A DNA stretch of 64,000 bases from Pristiophorus japonicus (Eukaryota), in contig NW_027254445.1 of NCBI RefSeq assembly GCF_044704955.1, positions 186,001 to 250,000 of the forward strand. Reading direction: 5' to 3'. Positions 46,878-59,847 of this stretch are shown piece after piece. Under the pieces are notes generated by a model, which made no database searches, was not told the origin of the DNA, and saw only the letters and a program-made list of their open reading frames with translations. The position numbers and the translations under genes were made by a program. How positions within the stretch are numbered: the first letter of the stretch is position 1; each line of letters starts with the position of its first letter.

Positions 46878-49800
46878 ATAGAATCATAGAAATTTACAGC
46901 ATGGAAGGAGGTTATTTTGGCCCATCGTGTCCGCACCGGCCGACCAAGAGCTATCCAGCCTAACCCCACTTTCCAGCTCTTGGAACGTAGCCCTGTAGGT
47001 TACGGCACTTTAAGTGCACATCCAAGTATTTTTAAATGTGGTGAGGGTTCCTGCCTCTACCACCCTTTCAGGCAGAGAGTTTCAGATTCCCACTACCCTC
47101 TGGGTAAAGACATTTCCCCTAATATCTCCTCTAAACCTCCTCCCAATTACTTTAAATCTATGTCCCCTGGTTGTTAACCCCTCTGCAAAGGGAAACAGGT
47201 CCTTCCTATCTATTCTATCTAGGTCCTTCATAATTTTATACACCTCAATCAGGTCTCCCCTCAGCCTCCTCTGTTCCAAAGAAAACAGACCCAGCATCTC
47301 CAATTTTTCCTCAAAGCCAAAATTCTCCAGCCCAGGCAACATTCTTGTAAATCTCCTCTGCACCCTTTCCAGTGCAATCACATCTTTCATAGAAACATAG
47401 AAAATAGGTGCAGGAGTAGGCCACTTGGCCCTTCCAGCCTGCATCACCATTCAAAAAGATCATGGCTGATCATTCACCTCAGTACCCCTTTCCTGCTTTC
47501 TCTCCATATCCCTTGATCCCTTTAGCCGTAAGGGCCAACTCCCTCTTGAATATATCTAACGAACTGGCATCAACAATTCTGTGTGGTAGAGAATTCCACA
47601 GGTTAACAACTCTCTGAGTGAACAGATTTCTCCTCATCTCGGTCCTAAATGGCTTACCCCTTATCCTTACTGTGACCCCTGGTTCTGGACTCTCCCAGCA
47701 TCGGGAACATTCTTCCTGCATCTAACCTGTCCAGTCCCGTCAGAATTTTATATGTTTCTATGAGATCTCCTCTCATCCTTCTAAACTCCAGTGAATAGAG
47801 GCCCAGTCGATCCAGTCTCTCCTCATGTCAGTCCTGCCATCCCAGGAATCAGTCTGGTGAACCTTCGCTCCACTCCCTCAATAGCAAGAACATCCTTCCT
47901 CAGATTAGGAGACCAAAACTGAACACAATATTCTAGGTGAGGCCTCACCAAGGCCCTGTACAACTGCAGTAAGACCTCCCTGCTCCTATACTCAAATCCC
48001 CTCGCTATGAAAGCCAACATGTCATTTGCCTTCTTCACCACCTGCTGTACCTGCATGCCAACTTTCAATGACTGATGTACCATGACACCCAAGTCTCGTT
48101 GCACCTTTTCCTAATCTGCCGCCATTCAGATAATATTCTGCCTTCATGTTTTTGCCACCAAAGTGGCTAACCTCACATTTATCCACATTATACTGCATCT
48201 GCCATGCATTTTCCCACTCACCTAACCTGTCCAAGTCACCCTGCAGCCTCTTAGCATGCTCCTCACAGCTCACACCGCCACCCAGCTTAGTGTCATCTGC
48301 AAACTTGAAGATATTACTCTCAATTCCTTCATGTAAATCATTTATATATATTGTAAATAGCTGGGGTCCCAGCACTGAGCCCTGCGGCATCCCACTAGTC
48401 ACTGCCTGCCATTCAGAAAAGGATCCGTTTAACCCGACTCTCTGCTTTATGTCTGCCAACCAGTTCTCTATCCACGTTAATACATTATCCCAATACCATT
48501 TGCTCTAATTTTGCACACCAATCTCTTGTATGGGACCTTGTCAAAAGCCTTTTGAAAGTCCAAATACACCACATCCACTGGTTCTCCCTTCTCCACTCTA
48601 CTAGTTACATCCTCAAAAAATTCCAGAAGATTTGTCAAGTATGATTTCCCTTTCATAAATCAATGCTGACTTGGCCCGATCCTGTCACTACTTTCCAAAT
48701 GCGCTGCTATTTCATCTTTAATAATTGATTCAAAATTTTCCCCACTACTGATGTCAGGCTAACTGGTCTATAATTACCCGTTTTCTCTCTCTCTCTCCTT
48801 TTGTAAAAAGTGGTGTAACATTAGCTACCCTCCTTTCCTGTAATGGGGTGACAGAACTGCACACAGTACTCCAGCTGCGGCCTAACCTGTGCTTTTACAG
48901 TTCAAGCATAACCTCCTAGCTCTTGTATTCCATGCCTCGACTAACAAGGGCAAATATTCTCTCTGTCTTCTTAACCACCTTATCTACCTGGCCTACTACC
49001 TTTAGGGATCTGTGGACCTGCATTCCAAGGTCCCTTTGTTCCTCTACACTTTTCAGTGTCGTACCAGTTACTGTGTATTCCCTTGCCTTGTTAGACCTCC
49101 CCAAATGCATTACCTCACACTTATCCGGATTGAATCCATTTTCCACTGTTCCAACCGCCTGACCAGTACATTGATATCGCCTTGCAATCCGCAGCTTGCT
49201 TCTTCATTATCAACCACACAGCCTATTTTAGTGTCATCTACAAACCTCTTAATCATACCCCCAACATTCAAGACCAAGTCATTGATATATACCACAAAAA
49301 GCAAGGGACCCAGCACTGAGCCCTGCGGACCCCTACTGGATACAGCCTTCCAGGCACAAAAACACCCATCAACCATTACCCATTGCTTCCTGCCTATGAG
49401 CCAATTTTGGATCCAACTTGCCACTTTGCCCTGGATCCCATGGGCTTTTACTTTCGTGACCAGTCTGTCATGTGGGATCTTATCAAAAACTTTGCTAAAA
49501 TCCATATACACTACATCATACACTCTGTCCTCTTTGACCCTCCTCGTTACCTCCTCAAAAAATTCAATCAAGTAAGTCAGACATGACCTTCCCTTAACCA
49601 ATCCGTGCTGACTATCCTTGATTAATCCCTGTCTTTCCAAATGAAGATTTATCATGTCCCTCAGGATTTTTCCCAACACTGAGTTAAGACTGACTGGCCT
49701 GTAATTACTTGGTCTATCCATTTCTCCCTTTTTAAACAAAGGTACAACATCAGCAATCCTCCAGTCCTCTGGTACCACACCTGTAGCCAGAGAGGATTGG

Positions 49801-50670
49801 AAAATGATGGTCAGAGCCTCTGCTATTTCTTCTTTTGCTTCTCTTAACAGGGATACATTTCATCCGGGCCTGGGGATTTATCCCCTTTCAAAGTTGTTAA
49901 GCCCCTTAATACTTCCTTTCTCACAATGTCTATCTCATCTAATATTTCACACTCCTCCTCCTTCATTGCAAAGTCTTCATCGCTCCTCTCTTTTGTGAAA
50001 ACAGATGCAAAATATTAATTAAGAATCATACCCACATCTTCTGCCTCCACACACAGATTTACTTTATGGTATCTAATAGGCCCCACTCCTTTTCTAGTTA
50101 TCCTCATGCTCTTAATGTATTTATAAAACATCTTTGGGTTGTCCCTGATTCTACTTGCCACGAATGGCAGCAAAACATTCCTGGTTACAGGATTTTCAGA
50201 CGAGATAGAGAGGGGGATAAAAAATGGAAGGGGTACTCGCAATATTGGAAACAATTACAGCTGTGAGGAGGGATAATACGTTAGAAAGATCATCAAATGA
50301 GGCCTTATGGGTTGAACTGAAGAACAAAAAAGGGGCAATCACACTGCTGGGAGTGTACTATAGACCCCCAAATCGTCAGAGGAAGATACAAGAGCAAATA
50401 TAAGCACATTTTTGAGAAGTGCAAAAACAATAGGGGATTTCAACTACCCTAACATGAACTGGGATAGAATCAGTGTAAAACGTACAGAGGGTGCAGAATT
50501 CATAAAATGCATTCAGCAGAACGTTTTTAGTCAGTCGTAGCAAGCCCAACAAGAGAGGGGCGGTTCTGGTCTTAGTTTTATGGAATGATGCTGGACAGAT
50601 GGTAGGGGTATCAGTGGGAGAGCATTTTGGTGTTAGTGATCATAATTCAGTTAGATTTAGTGTAGTTATG
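46878..50670 (-). mobile_element. CR1 (second subfamily) with inverted 5' segment (50161-50670, + strand) and a nested minus-strand CR1 (47390-48830)
   Basis: RT ORF 49110-49778; tails at ~46878 and ~47390; endonuclease sequence on the opposite strand from 50161. Confidence 0.85.
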
Positions 50671-50776
50671 GCTGTATGGCTCAGATATGCCCGGGATAAA
50701 CTCAATGTCTGAATTGTCACATTTTACACTAGATTACTGCAGATAACTGTTTTTAATTTTGTTCAAAACAGGCAAT

Positions 50777-51770
50777 ATCATCATCATAGGCAGTCCCTCA
50801 AAATCGAGGAAGACTTGCTTCCACTCTAGAAGTGAGTTCTCAGGTGACTGAACAGTCCAATAGGGGAATTACAGTCTCTGTCACAGGTGGGACAGACAGA
50901 CATTGAAGGAAAGGGTGGGTGGGACTGGTTTGCCGCACGCTCCTTCCGCTGCCTGCGCTTGTTTTCTGCACACTCTCGGTGACGAGACTCGAGGTGCTCA
51001 ACGCCCTTCCGGATGCTCTTCCTCCACTTAAGGCAATCTTTGCCCAGGGATTCCCAGGTGTCAGTGGGGATGTTGCACTTTATCAAGGAGGCTTTGAGGG
51101 TGCCCTTGAAATGTTTCCTCTGCCCACCTGGGGCTCGCTTGCTGTGTCGGAGTTCAGAGTACAACGCTTGCTTTGGGAGTCTTGTGTCGGACATGCGGAC
51201 AATGTGGCCTGCCCAATGGAGCTGGTCGAATGTGGTCAGTGTTTCGATGCTGGCCTGATTGACAACACTGATGTTGGTGCGTCTGTCCTCCCAGGGGATT
51301 TGCAGGATCTTGCGGAGACATCGTTGGTGGTATTTCTCCAGCGATTTGAGGTCTGTACTGTATATGGTCCATGTCTCCTGAGCATATAGGAGGGCGGGTA
51401 TCACTACAGCCCTGTACCATTTGCCTTCCCAGAAGAAGGTGTAACCTCCACCTTGTTCTTTGATCTGGCCTTCCCCTACTCACCGGATCTGCTTCGGGCG
51501 GCACTGTCGATATCGAAGCCTCTAAGTTCCCGGGCATCGATGGCGGTGCGGCATTCCAGTCTGTCGCTGTTGGGGTTGTCCATGAGGGGCCGGACGTTCC
51601 AAGTCCCAAACTTCATTTGAAGGGTGGAAGATACATGTGCGTGAGTTTTTTTACGGTGGGGTGGCCACCGAACACCGGCTACCACACGGGCTTAGCAGAG
51701 CAAGGTCTTGGTCCAGTGGCAAGGTGGTCTGAGACGATTGGAGACCAGGCACTACTGTATGGGCCTAATT
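50777..51770 (-). mobile_element. Internally deleted RTE LINE
   Basis: IPALLY..ETW, RLPKQALYSEL, CPTC..HLRTH zinc finger; GTWNVR endonuclease start; (GAT)n tail. Confidence 0.9.
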
Positions 51771-54327
51771 GCCTATAGTGGGGTGTGAGCTGTAAGCTCG
51801 GCACTGAGCAGTGCCTTCAGGAGAGGTGGTGGGAGATCTGAGGTGTGATGAGGGAATGGGATGAAACATGCTGGGGCCCTGCTCCATTTTAGCTTCTCGA
51901 AGGATTGTGGGAGAAGTCAGAGTGGCCGCCACCATTACCCACGCCACATGCCGAACAGGTGCACCAGGCTCGCGCTGCCTCCGTTGTCCCGGAGACGCTG
52001 ATGTTTAACTCTCCCTCAGCTGCTCCAGGCTCATGCTGCTGTCTTACGAAGCATCTTACTGCTGTAGACTCTGGTGACATCGAGACTGTATCTGCTCTCA
52101 TGCAGTCTCAGCTGGATGCCAAGCGAGATCTGACTGTTGCCATCGCGGCTGGGTCCACCACGGTCCACGGGGAACTTCCGGTGTCGTGCCACACCACTGA
52201 CCTGTGCTCCAGCTGATTGGTGGGGGTGGTGAGGTGCTGCCCCGGGGGAGTGGAGCAGGCTCCTCGGACCAGGATTCTGATGTGCTCTCTCAGTAGTCCT
52301 GAGCTGAGACCTCTCAGTCCGCCATTGCCATCAAGCATGGAATCGCCCCAGCCAATCCCGACTGAATGCACCGAGGAGGATGCGGTGCAGTCTGCAGCTG
52401 GCACTTCCAGGGAAAGAGCTGGTCGAGGGCGTCCTAGAAGAACATCTGCAGCTTCTACACCTGAAACACAGCAGCCTTCCCAGACGCATGATGCAGCCAC
52501 AGGCGAGACACTGGGGCATAGTTCAAGAATAGGTTTGTGTAAGAATAAGCAAATGCACAAGGATGATAATTGATGGTGTATGTTTTTTTGCACCATTCTT
52601 TCTTGTGTAATAAATCTTTATTTTGTGTTTCAATATCTGTGCAGGTGTCTCATTTCCCTGTGGGCAATGATGTGTGAGAGGGCTCATTGGGTTGGCCATG
52701 GAGATGCACAGGTGAAGGGTGAAGTGCGCATGAACTCATCAGAAACGAGCAACAATGAGACGGTTTTGCACTTCCCTTGCAGGGTTTGGATGACGACGCT
52801 GCCTCCAGCTTGGCCAGCGACCCGCATCCTGGTCCTCCTCCTGCACCTCCTCCTCCTTCTGTGCATCGTGCTCCTGTGCCTCCTCCTCCTCCTGGTACTG
52901 GTACTGGTCCTCCTCCTCCTGGTCCTCCTCCTCAGCTGATACTGGTGCCTCGTCCTCCAATGGTTGTGCCCTCATGATTGCCAGGTTATGAAGCATGCAT
53001 CAGACGACCACGAATAGGGAGACCCGCTCAGGCGAGTACTGGAAGAGTGATCCAGGCAACGGAACCTCTGTTTAAGGATTCTGATGCACTGCTCAATAAA
53101 GCAACTAATAACTAAATGAGAGTCATTGCCGGCTTGCTGCACAGCAGTCCTGGGGTTGTGAAGGGGAGTCAGCAGCCAAGTGCACAGTGGGTAGCCCTTG
53201 TCTCCAAGGACCCAGCCGCAACCTTGGCTTGGTCCAACAAACACGTCAGGCGCACCGCTCTGGCGCTGGATGAAAGCAACGAGGCTGCTGCCAGGATACC
53301 GGGCATCAGCTGCCATGATTTTGTGGTGGGATGTCACACACCAGCTGCACATTGAGGGAGTGGAATCCCTTGCAGTTTCTGAAGATCTCGGGATTGTTCT
53401 GTGGTGCCCTCATTGCGACGTGGGTGCAGTCAATGGCACCCTGAACCCTGGGGAAGCCCGCACACCTCACGAATCTGGTCTCCACACCAACTGTTTGTCC
53501 CTGCTCATCGGGAAGGATAACTAGTCCCTCCTTCTCTTATAGAGAGCATCTGTCACTTAATGATGGAGCTACGCGCGGTGAAATGTGAAATGTTCGAGAT
53601 GTCTACTGTAGCAGCTTGGAATGATCAAGTCGCATAGAAATGGAGTGCTATGGTCACCTTGGATGCAACGGTCAGCACTGTCCTCAACTTTGTTCGAGGC
53701 TGGAGGTCTGGCTGCAGGAGATTGCACAGGAATCGAAGTCTCCGGAGACACTGGTCATCCGTCAGGTCCATGTATGAGAACTGCTGTCTGTACACCCTTG
53801 GACGATAGGGCCTTCTCCCCGCCATGTCTATGTTCACGTCTTCCGATGGCAGCTGCCTCATTGCCTTCTCCTTCATGCTCTTGCTGCTCCTCACCCTCTG
53901 CAGCCTGCTGCTGGCAAGCATCTGCCTCCTGTGCACCCTGCCTTCTCTCCATTTCACCCAATATCTGGAGTGGGAGGGTCAGTGCAGAATGCTGCTACAT
54001 GCAACACGCTTTTAAAGGCTGCTGGTGGTCTTGAGCTAGCACTGTGTACCGACCCAAAAAACTGTCGTTGGCATCGACAGGCGGCTGGAAGACTTTTTGA
54101 ATGAATTTACCTTCCGGGGCGGGTCCGATGCGGTGCGCGCTCGGATGACATCGTTAACGACGCATCTGCTGGAGCGGGGCGGATCTTCACAATGCAGCAA
54201 AAACCTTTGAGGGCAATGCCACGAACATCGGCCAGTCCGCCGTGAGTCCCCGGCCATTCCGCGCCGCCCCATAGCCGCTGCTTTCAGGCAGCAAGAGGCT
54301 TTATCGGAAGGGGCAATTTTGGCCCCA
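51771..54327 (-). mobile_element. Harbinger/PIF DNA transposon: decayed transposase on minus strand (52739-53957) and convergent second ORF 3' part on plus strand
   Basis: [49 protein letters not shown], acidic tail; TIR-like GGGGCAATTTTGGCCCC at ~54310-54327. Confidence 0.88.
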
Positions 54328-54801
54328 CCCAACGTTAATAAGTGACCTGTTTTAAAATGCCCATGTTCTGTCTCTTTCTACAATGAAGTAAGCTTCCTGT
54401 TGGTTACTGTGGCACCTCCCTGTACAATCTCTCAATGCTCAGCTCATGGATACTATTTAAAACTAGACTGAAATAAATGACCAGTAACCAGGGCATTTGC
54501 CATCTACATGGTCACCAGCTTGAAACTACCGTCAGTCGTAGGGAGAAAAGCCACTTTAAAATGAATCGCTATTTGAAGTTAACGAAAGGTTCATGTATAT
54601 TGCTCCATAAAACAGAGCATTCTCTGACTTATTGTGAGTAACACAGGACATCCACTGGCAACCTATTAAAAATGGTGCACAGGATGCATTTCCTGTTTGC
54701 CTGTCACATTTCCTGTGTCACACTTTGGCTGTCACACCTTCTCATATGCAAAGTTCTCCCAGCCGATAGGATTAAATTTCATATTCATCAACCACCAACA
54801 G

Positions 54802-54920
54802 ATCACAACTGCACAGGTGGAGAACGTGAGAATCAGCAAGTAACAAGCAGGAATGAAAAACACCAAAACACGAAGCTCCAAAAACTACAAATTAAGATGT
54901 GCAATCAGCAGTCGCTATGA
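54802..54920 (+). CDS. Possible terminal cytoplasmic exon of the receptor gene: (D)HNCTGGERENQQV...QQSL*
   Basis: CAACAG| acceptor whose phase fits the ITIM exon; open hydrophilic frame in unique DNA; weak pyrimidine tract and no clear polyA signal. Confidence 0.25.
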
Positions 54921-55149
54921 TAGGCCCAGGCAAACCAATTCACATCTGGTTTCTTCATCTAACATCAACAGGTTAAAATATACATTGAATCAAATACGTA
55001 AGATTTTCAACTTGTGTAAAACTGCTGTTGTGAGCTGACACCCAGTGTACAATCCGCCCAATCCTCATTGCACAAGACAAGGTTCTTTTTAAAAATTAGC
55101 CAATCTCCTGTGACGTTGTACATTGCAACCGTAATGTCTTTATGTTGTT

Positions 55150-55790
55150 CTTCTTGACTTGTCTGCAGACTTTGACATGATTTACCAATCCATCCTCCAA
55201 ACCCTCTCCACCGTTGACCAGCTGGGTGGGACTGCATTCACCTGGTTTCAATCTTATCTATCTAACCGTTGCCAGAGAATAGTTTCTCTTCCTACTCCTG
55301 CACCGTTAACTCTGGTTCCCCCCCCAAGAATCTATCCTTGGCCCCCTCCTATTTATCATCTATATTGGCAACGTAAACTTGAGGTCAACCAAAACTCAGC
55401 AGCCCGTGTCCTAACTCGCACCAAGTCCCACTCACCCATCACCCCTGTGCTCGCTGACCTACATTAGCTCCCAGTTGAGCAATGCCTCAATTTCAAACTT
55501 CTCATCCTTGTTTTCAAATCTCTCCATGGCCTCGCCCCTCCCTATCTCTGTAATCTCCTCCAGCCCCACAACCCCTCGAGATGTCTGCGCTCCTCTAATT
55601 CTGCCCTCCTGAGCATCCCGGATTATAATCGCTCCACCATTGGTGGCCGTGCCTTCTGTTGCCTGGCCCCAAGCTCTGGAACTCCCTGCCTAAACCTCTC
55701 CGCCTCTCTACCTCGTTCCTCCTTAACAACAACAACTTGTATTTATATAGTGCCTTTAATGTAAAACGTCCCAAGGCGCTCCACAAGCTC
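55150..55790 (+). mobile_element. L2-type LINE fragments
   Basis: WFQSYLSNR, QNSAARVL..ITPVLADLH. Confidence 0.8.
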
Positions 55791-56289
55791 GGTCAAAGAG
55801 GTAGGTTTTAGGGAGAGCCTAAAAGGTGTAAAGAGTAGAGAGGTCCCCCGTAACTTTCCTTGTATCTCGGTTCTTTTCTGCTGTTGTCTTTTTTTTGTCT
55901 GAACTTATTTTTTGTGCACATCAGCTCCCTGCAGAATCTATTCCCTCCTTCACCCTGTCTTGCACTCTTGCTCCTGTTCTGCCCCTCCTGAAAACATTGC
56001 AATCTGATGTTTATGTTGCACTCCTGCACAATTCCCAGCCAGGTTTGTCAGTGCTGTTAAATCCGTGCCACCATTGTTTCTCATTCCCTCAGTAAGCCCC
56101 ACACTCCCAGCATTGACAGACTTTATCTTTTGGCCGTATTTAAAGCTGCTCCTTGCCCTTGTTTATCTGTCCAAGCTCACACTTCCTTTCAGGATTGTTG
56201 CTGCACACAACTCATTGATTTGATTTCCCGCTTCTATTCCTTCTCATGCTGTGATTGACCACAAATGGTTTGTTTGTATATTTGGGTCA

Positions 56290-56435
56290 TCCGGTTCAAA
56301 CTTCCCGCGCGCCCAACCGTCCCCGCCCCGCGCGGGGGCCCCGCCCACCGGCCCCGCCCCGCGCGGCGCTGGGGACCAATCAGAATGGCGAGTGGATGAG
56401 GCGGGAACAGCGGAGCGGCGCCGCGGTTGGAGGCG
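56290..56435 (+). promoter_or_regulatory. CpG-island promoter: CHR/CDE(E2F), GC boxes, CCAAT
   Basis: TTCAAA-CTTC-CCGCGC at ~56295-56310; several CCCCGCCCC; CCAATCAG at 56376; island extends to ~56670. Confidence 0.75.
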
Positions 56436-56445
56436 ATGGCGGCCG
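56436..56445 (+). CDS. First coding exon (ATG GCG GCC G) of an unidentified host gene
   Basis: Strong Kozak GCGATGG, donor GTGAGC, G-run-rich intron start. Confidence 0.65.
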
Positions 56446-56924
56446 GTGAGCGGAGGCTGAGCCCGGGCCCGGGCGGGCGGGGAGAGGCTGGGGGCCGGGG
56501 GAGAGGCTGGGGGCCGGGGCCGGGGCCGGGGCCGGCCTGCAGTGAGCGGGGGGCGGACCCGGGCGGGGGATGGATGGATGGGGTTAGGGGGGAGTGGGCT
56601 CCAGGGGCCGAGGTGGTGCGGGGTGTGGCGGCAGTGGGCTGGAGGAGGCAGTGAGCGGGGCGGGGCGGGGATAAACTCCCTCCAACGCTCCCCAGTCAGG
56701 GCAGTAACTGCGGCCAATGCCAATAGTTCCCGGGACAACTCCATCTTCCCTCCTGCAGCACACAGGCTCACAGTCCTGGCTGAGAACGTGGGGCCAATCC
56801 TTTCAACCCACATCCCAATATGATCGCTTGTATTCGAGCTGTGACAACAATGTGGGGAAGTGAAGTGACATTGAGCCACCTGTGGACCATGGACGGTAAC
56901 AGGAGACAGCGCGTGTATACAACA

Positions 56925-57905
56925 CATCATCACCATCACAGGCAGTCCCTCGGGATCGGGGGACACTTGCTTCCACTCTAACACTGAGTTGTCAGGTGAC
57001 GGAACCGTCCAATTGGGGAATGACAGTCTGTGCCACAGGTGGGACACACAGTGGTTGGAGGAAAGGGTGGCTGGGACTGGTTTGCCGCACGCTCCTTCCG
57101 CTGCTTGCGCTTGGTTTCTGCACGCTCTCGGCGACGGGACTCGAGGTGCTCAGCGCCCTCCCGGATGCTCTTCCTCCACTTCGGCTGGTCTTTGGCCAGG
57201 GACTCCCAGGTGTCAGTGGGGATGTCGCACTTTATCAGGGAGGCTTTGAGGGTGTCCTGGAAACATTTCCTCTGCCCACCTGGGGCTCGTTTCCCGTGTA
57301 CGACTTCCGAGTAGAGCACTTGATTTGGGAATCCTGTGTCTGGCGTGCGGACAATGTGGCCCGCTCAGCGGAGTTGGTCGAGTGTGGTCAGTGCTTCGAT
57401 GTTGGCCTGATCGAGAACACTGACGGTGCCTCTGTCCTCCCAGGGGATTTGCAGGATCTTGCGGAGATATCGTTGGTGGTATTTCTCCAGCGCTTTGCAG
57501 TGTTTACTGTACATAGCCCACGTCTCTGAGCCATACAGGAAGGCGGGTATCGCTACCTCACTGTAGACTATAAGCTTGGTGCCAGATTTGAGGTCCTGGT
57601 CTTCAAACAATTTCTTCTTCAGATGACTGAAGGCTGCACTAGAGACGGTGTTGGACCTCGTCATCGATGTCTGCCCTTGCTGATAATAGGCTCCCGAGGT
57701 ATGGAAAATGGTCCACGTTGTCCAGGGCCGTGCCGTGGACTTTGATGACCGGGACACAGTGCTATGTGGCGGGGTCAGGTTGGTGGAGGACCTTTGTCTT
57801 ACGGATGTTTAGTGCAAGGCTATGCTTTCGTAGCCTCAATGATGGTGTTGACCATGGCTTGTAGTTCGGCCTCTGAGTGTGCGCAGAAGCAAGCGCAGTA
57901 CAGTA
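56925..57905 (-). mobile_element. 5'-truncated RTE LINE
   Basis: LNIRKTKVLHQP, IPAFLYGSETW, CPTC zinc finger, (GAT)-type tail. Confidence 0.9.
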
Positions 57906-59158
57906 TACTTCATGGTAGAAGACAAAAACATCCCAATAATGGATAATCAAGGGGCTATCAGGAGGAACTGAAAACAATCACTGTCACTAAAGAAGAAGTA
58001 CTCAGTAAAATAATGGGACTAAAGGTGGATAAGTTCCCTGGATCTGATGGCTTGCATCCTAGGGTCTTAAAAAAAGTGACTGCAGAGATAGTGGATGCAT
58101 TGGTTGTAATTTAACCAAAATTCCCTGGATTGTGGGGAGGTCCCAGAGGCTGGAAAACTGCAAATGTAATGCCCCTATCTAAAAAAGGAGGCAGACAGAA
58201 AGCAGGAAATTATAGACCAGTTAGCCTTACATCTGTCGTTGGCCAAATGCTGGAGTCCATTATTAAGTAAGCAGTAGCAGGACATTTGGAAAAGCATAAT
58301 TCAATCAAGCAGAGTTAGCATGGTTTCATGAAAGGAAAAACATGTTTGACAAATTTGCTGGAATTCTTTGAGGATGTAACGTGCAGGGTGGTTAAGGGGG
58401 AACCAGTGGATGTGTATTTGGATTTCCAGAAGGCATTCGATAAGATTACTGCACAAGATAAAAGTTCATGGGGTTGGGGATAATATATTAGCACGGATAG
58501 AGAATTAGCTAACTAACAGAAAACAGAGAGATGGGATAAATGGGTCATTTTCCGTTTGGTAAACAATAACTAGTGGGGTGCTGCAGAGATCGGTGCTGGG
58601 GCCTCAACTATTTACAATCTATAATAATGATTTGGATGAAGGGATTGAGTGCAATGAAGCCGAGTTTGCTGATGATACAAAGATGGGTGGGAAAGCAAGT
58701 TGTGAGGAGGGCACAAAACATCTGCAAAGGGATATAGACAGGCTGAGTGGGCAAAAATTTGGCAGGTGGAGTATAATGTGGGAAAGTGTGAGGTTATCCA
58801 CTGGCAGAATTTTTTTTTAAAAGCAAATTATAATTTAAATGGAGAAAAATTGCAAAGTGCTGCAGGGATAAAGATGGAGAAGGTAGAATATGAGAATAAA
58901 TTAGCAAGAAATATAACAACATACAGTAAGAGCTTCTACAGGTATGTCAAAAGGAAACGAGTAGCTAAAGTAAACGTTGGTCCCTTAGAGGATGAGACTC
59001 GGGAATTAATAATGGAAAAACAGGGAAATGGCAGAGACTTTGAACAAATATTTTGTATCGGACTTTACAGTAGAGGACACTAAAAACATCCCAATAATTG
59101 ATAATTGAGCTATTGTGGGGTGGGAGGCGGGGGTAGACTTGAAACAATCACTATCACT
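57906..59158 (+). mobile_element. Two CR1 fragments (57906-58865; 58866-59158)
   Basis: KFPGSDGLHPRVLK, EFADDTKM; YENKLARNI..VNVGPLEDE. Confidence 0.85.
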
Positions 59159-59768
59159 AGACCATAAGTTTGGTGCCAGATTTGAGGGCCTAATCTTCGA
59201 ACACTCTCTTCCTCAGGCGGCCGACGGTTGCACTGGAGGCGGTGTTGAACCTCGTCGTCGATGTCTGCCCTTGCTGATAATAGGCTCCCGAGGTATGGAA
59301 AGTGATCCACGTTGTCCAGGGCCGGGCCGTGGATCTTGATAACTGGGGGGCAGTGCTGTGTTGCGGGGTCAGGTTGGTGTAAGGCCAATGCTTTTCGGTG
59401 AAGATGTCGACGATGACTTGGAGTTCAGCCTCTGAATGTGCGCAGACACAAGCGTCGTCCACGTACTGTAGTTTGATGAGAGGGTGCGAGACCCGCCCTC
59501 CTGTATGGTTCATATACAGTACACACCTCACATCGCTGGAGAAGTAACTCCAGCGATGCCTCCGCAAGATCCTGCAAATCCACTGAGAGGACAGACGCAC
59601 CAATGTCAGTGTTCTCGATCAGGCCAACATCCCCAGCATCAAAACACTGACCACACTCGACCAGCTCCGTTGGCCGGGCCACATTGTTCGCATACCCAAC
59701 ACAAGACTCCCAAATCAAACGCTCTACTTGGAACTCCTACACGGCAAGCGAGCCCTAGGTGGGCAGAG
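59159..59768. mobile_element. RTE fragment with internal inversion (minus 59159-~59490, plus ~59495-59768)
   Basis: LQYVDDACV..FPYLGS on minus strand; the following LLYG..CLRKILQI region on plus strand. Confidence 0.8.
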
Positions 59769-59847
59769 CTTTCTCCTAGAGCTTTACTGGACACTGATGC
59801 ATTTCTAAACAGCCAAACAAACCTGTTGACAAGCCATTGCTCTTTTA

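Noticed and set aside
52580-52939. Leu-rich ORF as the missing transmembrane exon
   Set aside because: It is the antisense reading of the acidic (GAG)n tail of the Harbinger transposase and lies downstream of the ITIM exon
52739-53957. Host HARBI1 gene
   Set aside because: Multiple frameshifts and stops, with a TIR-like end and a convergent second ORF: a transposon copy
56244-57047. 267-aa Pro-rich minus-strand ORF
   Set aside because: By-product of the GC-rich island plus an RTE end; the signals favour a + strand first exon
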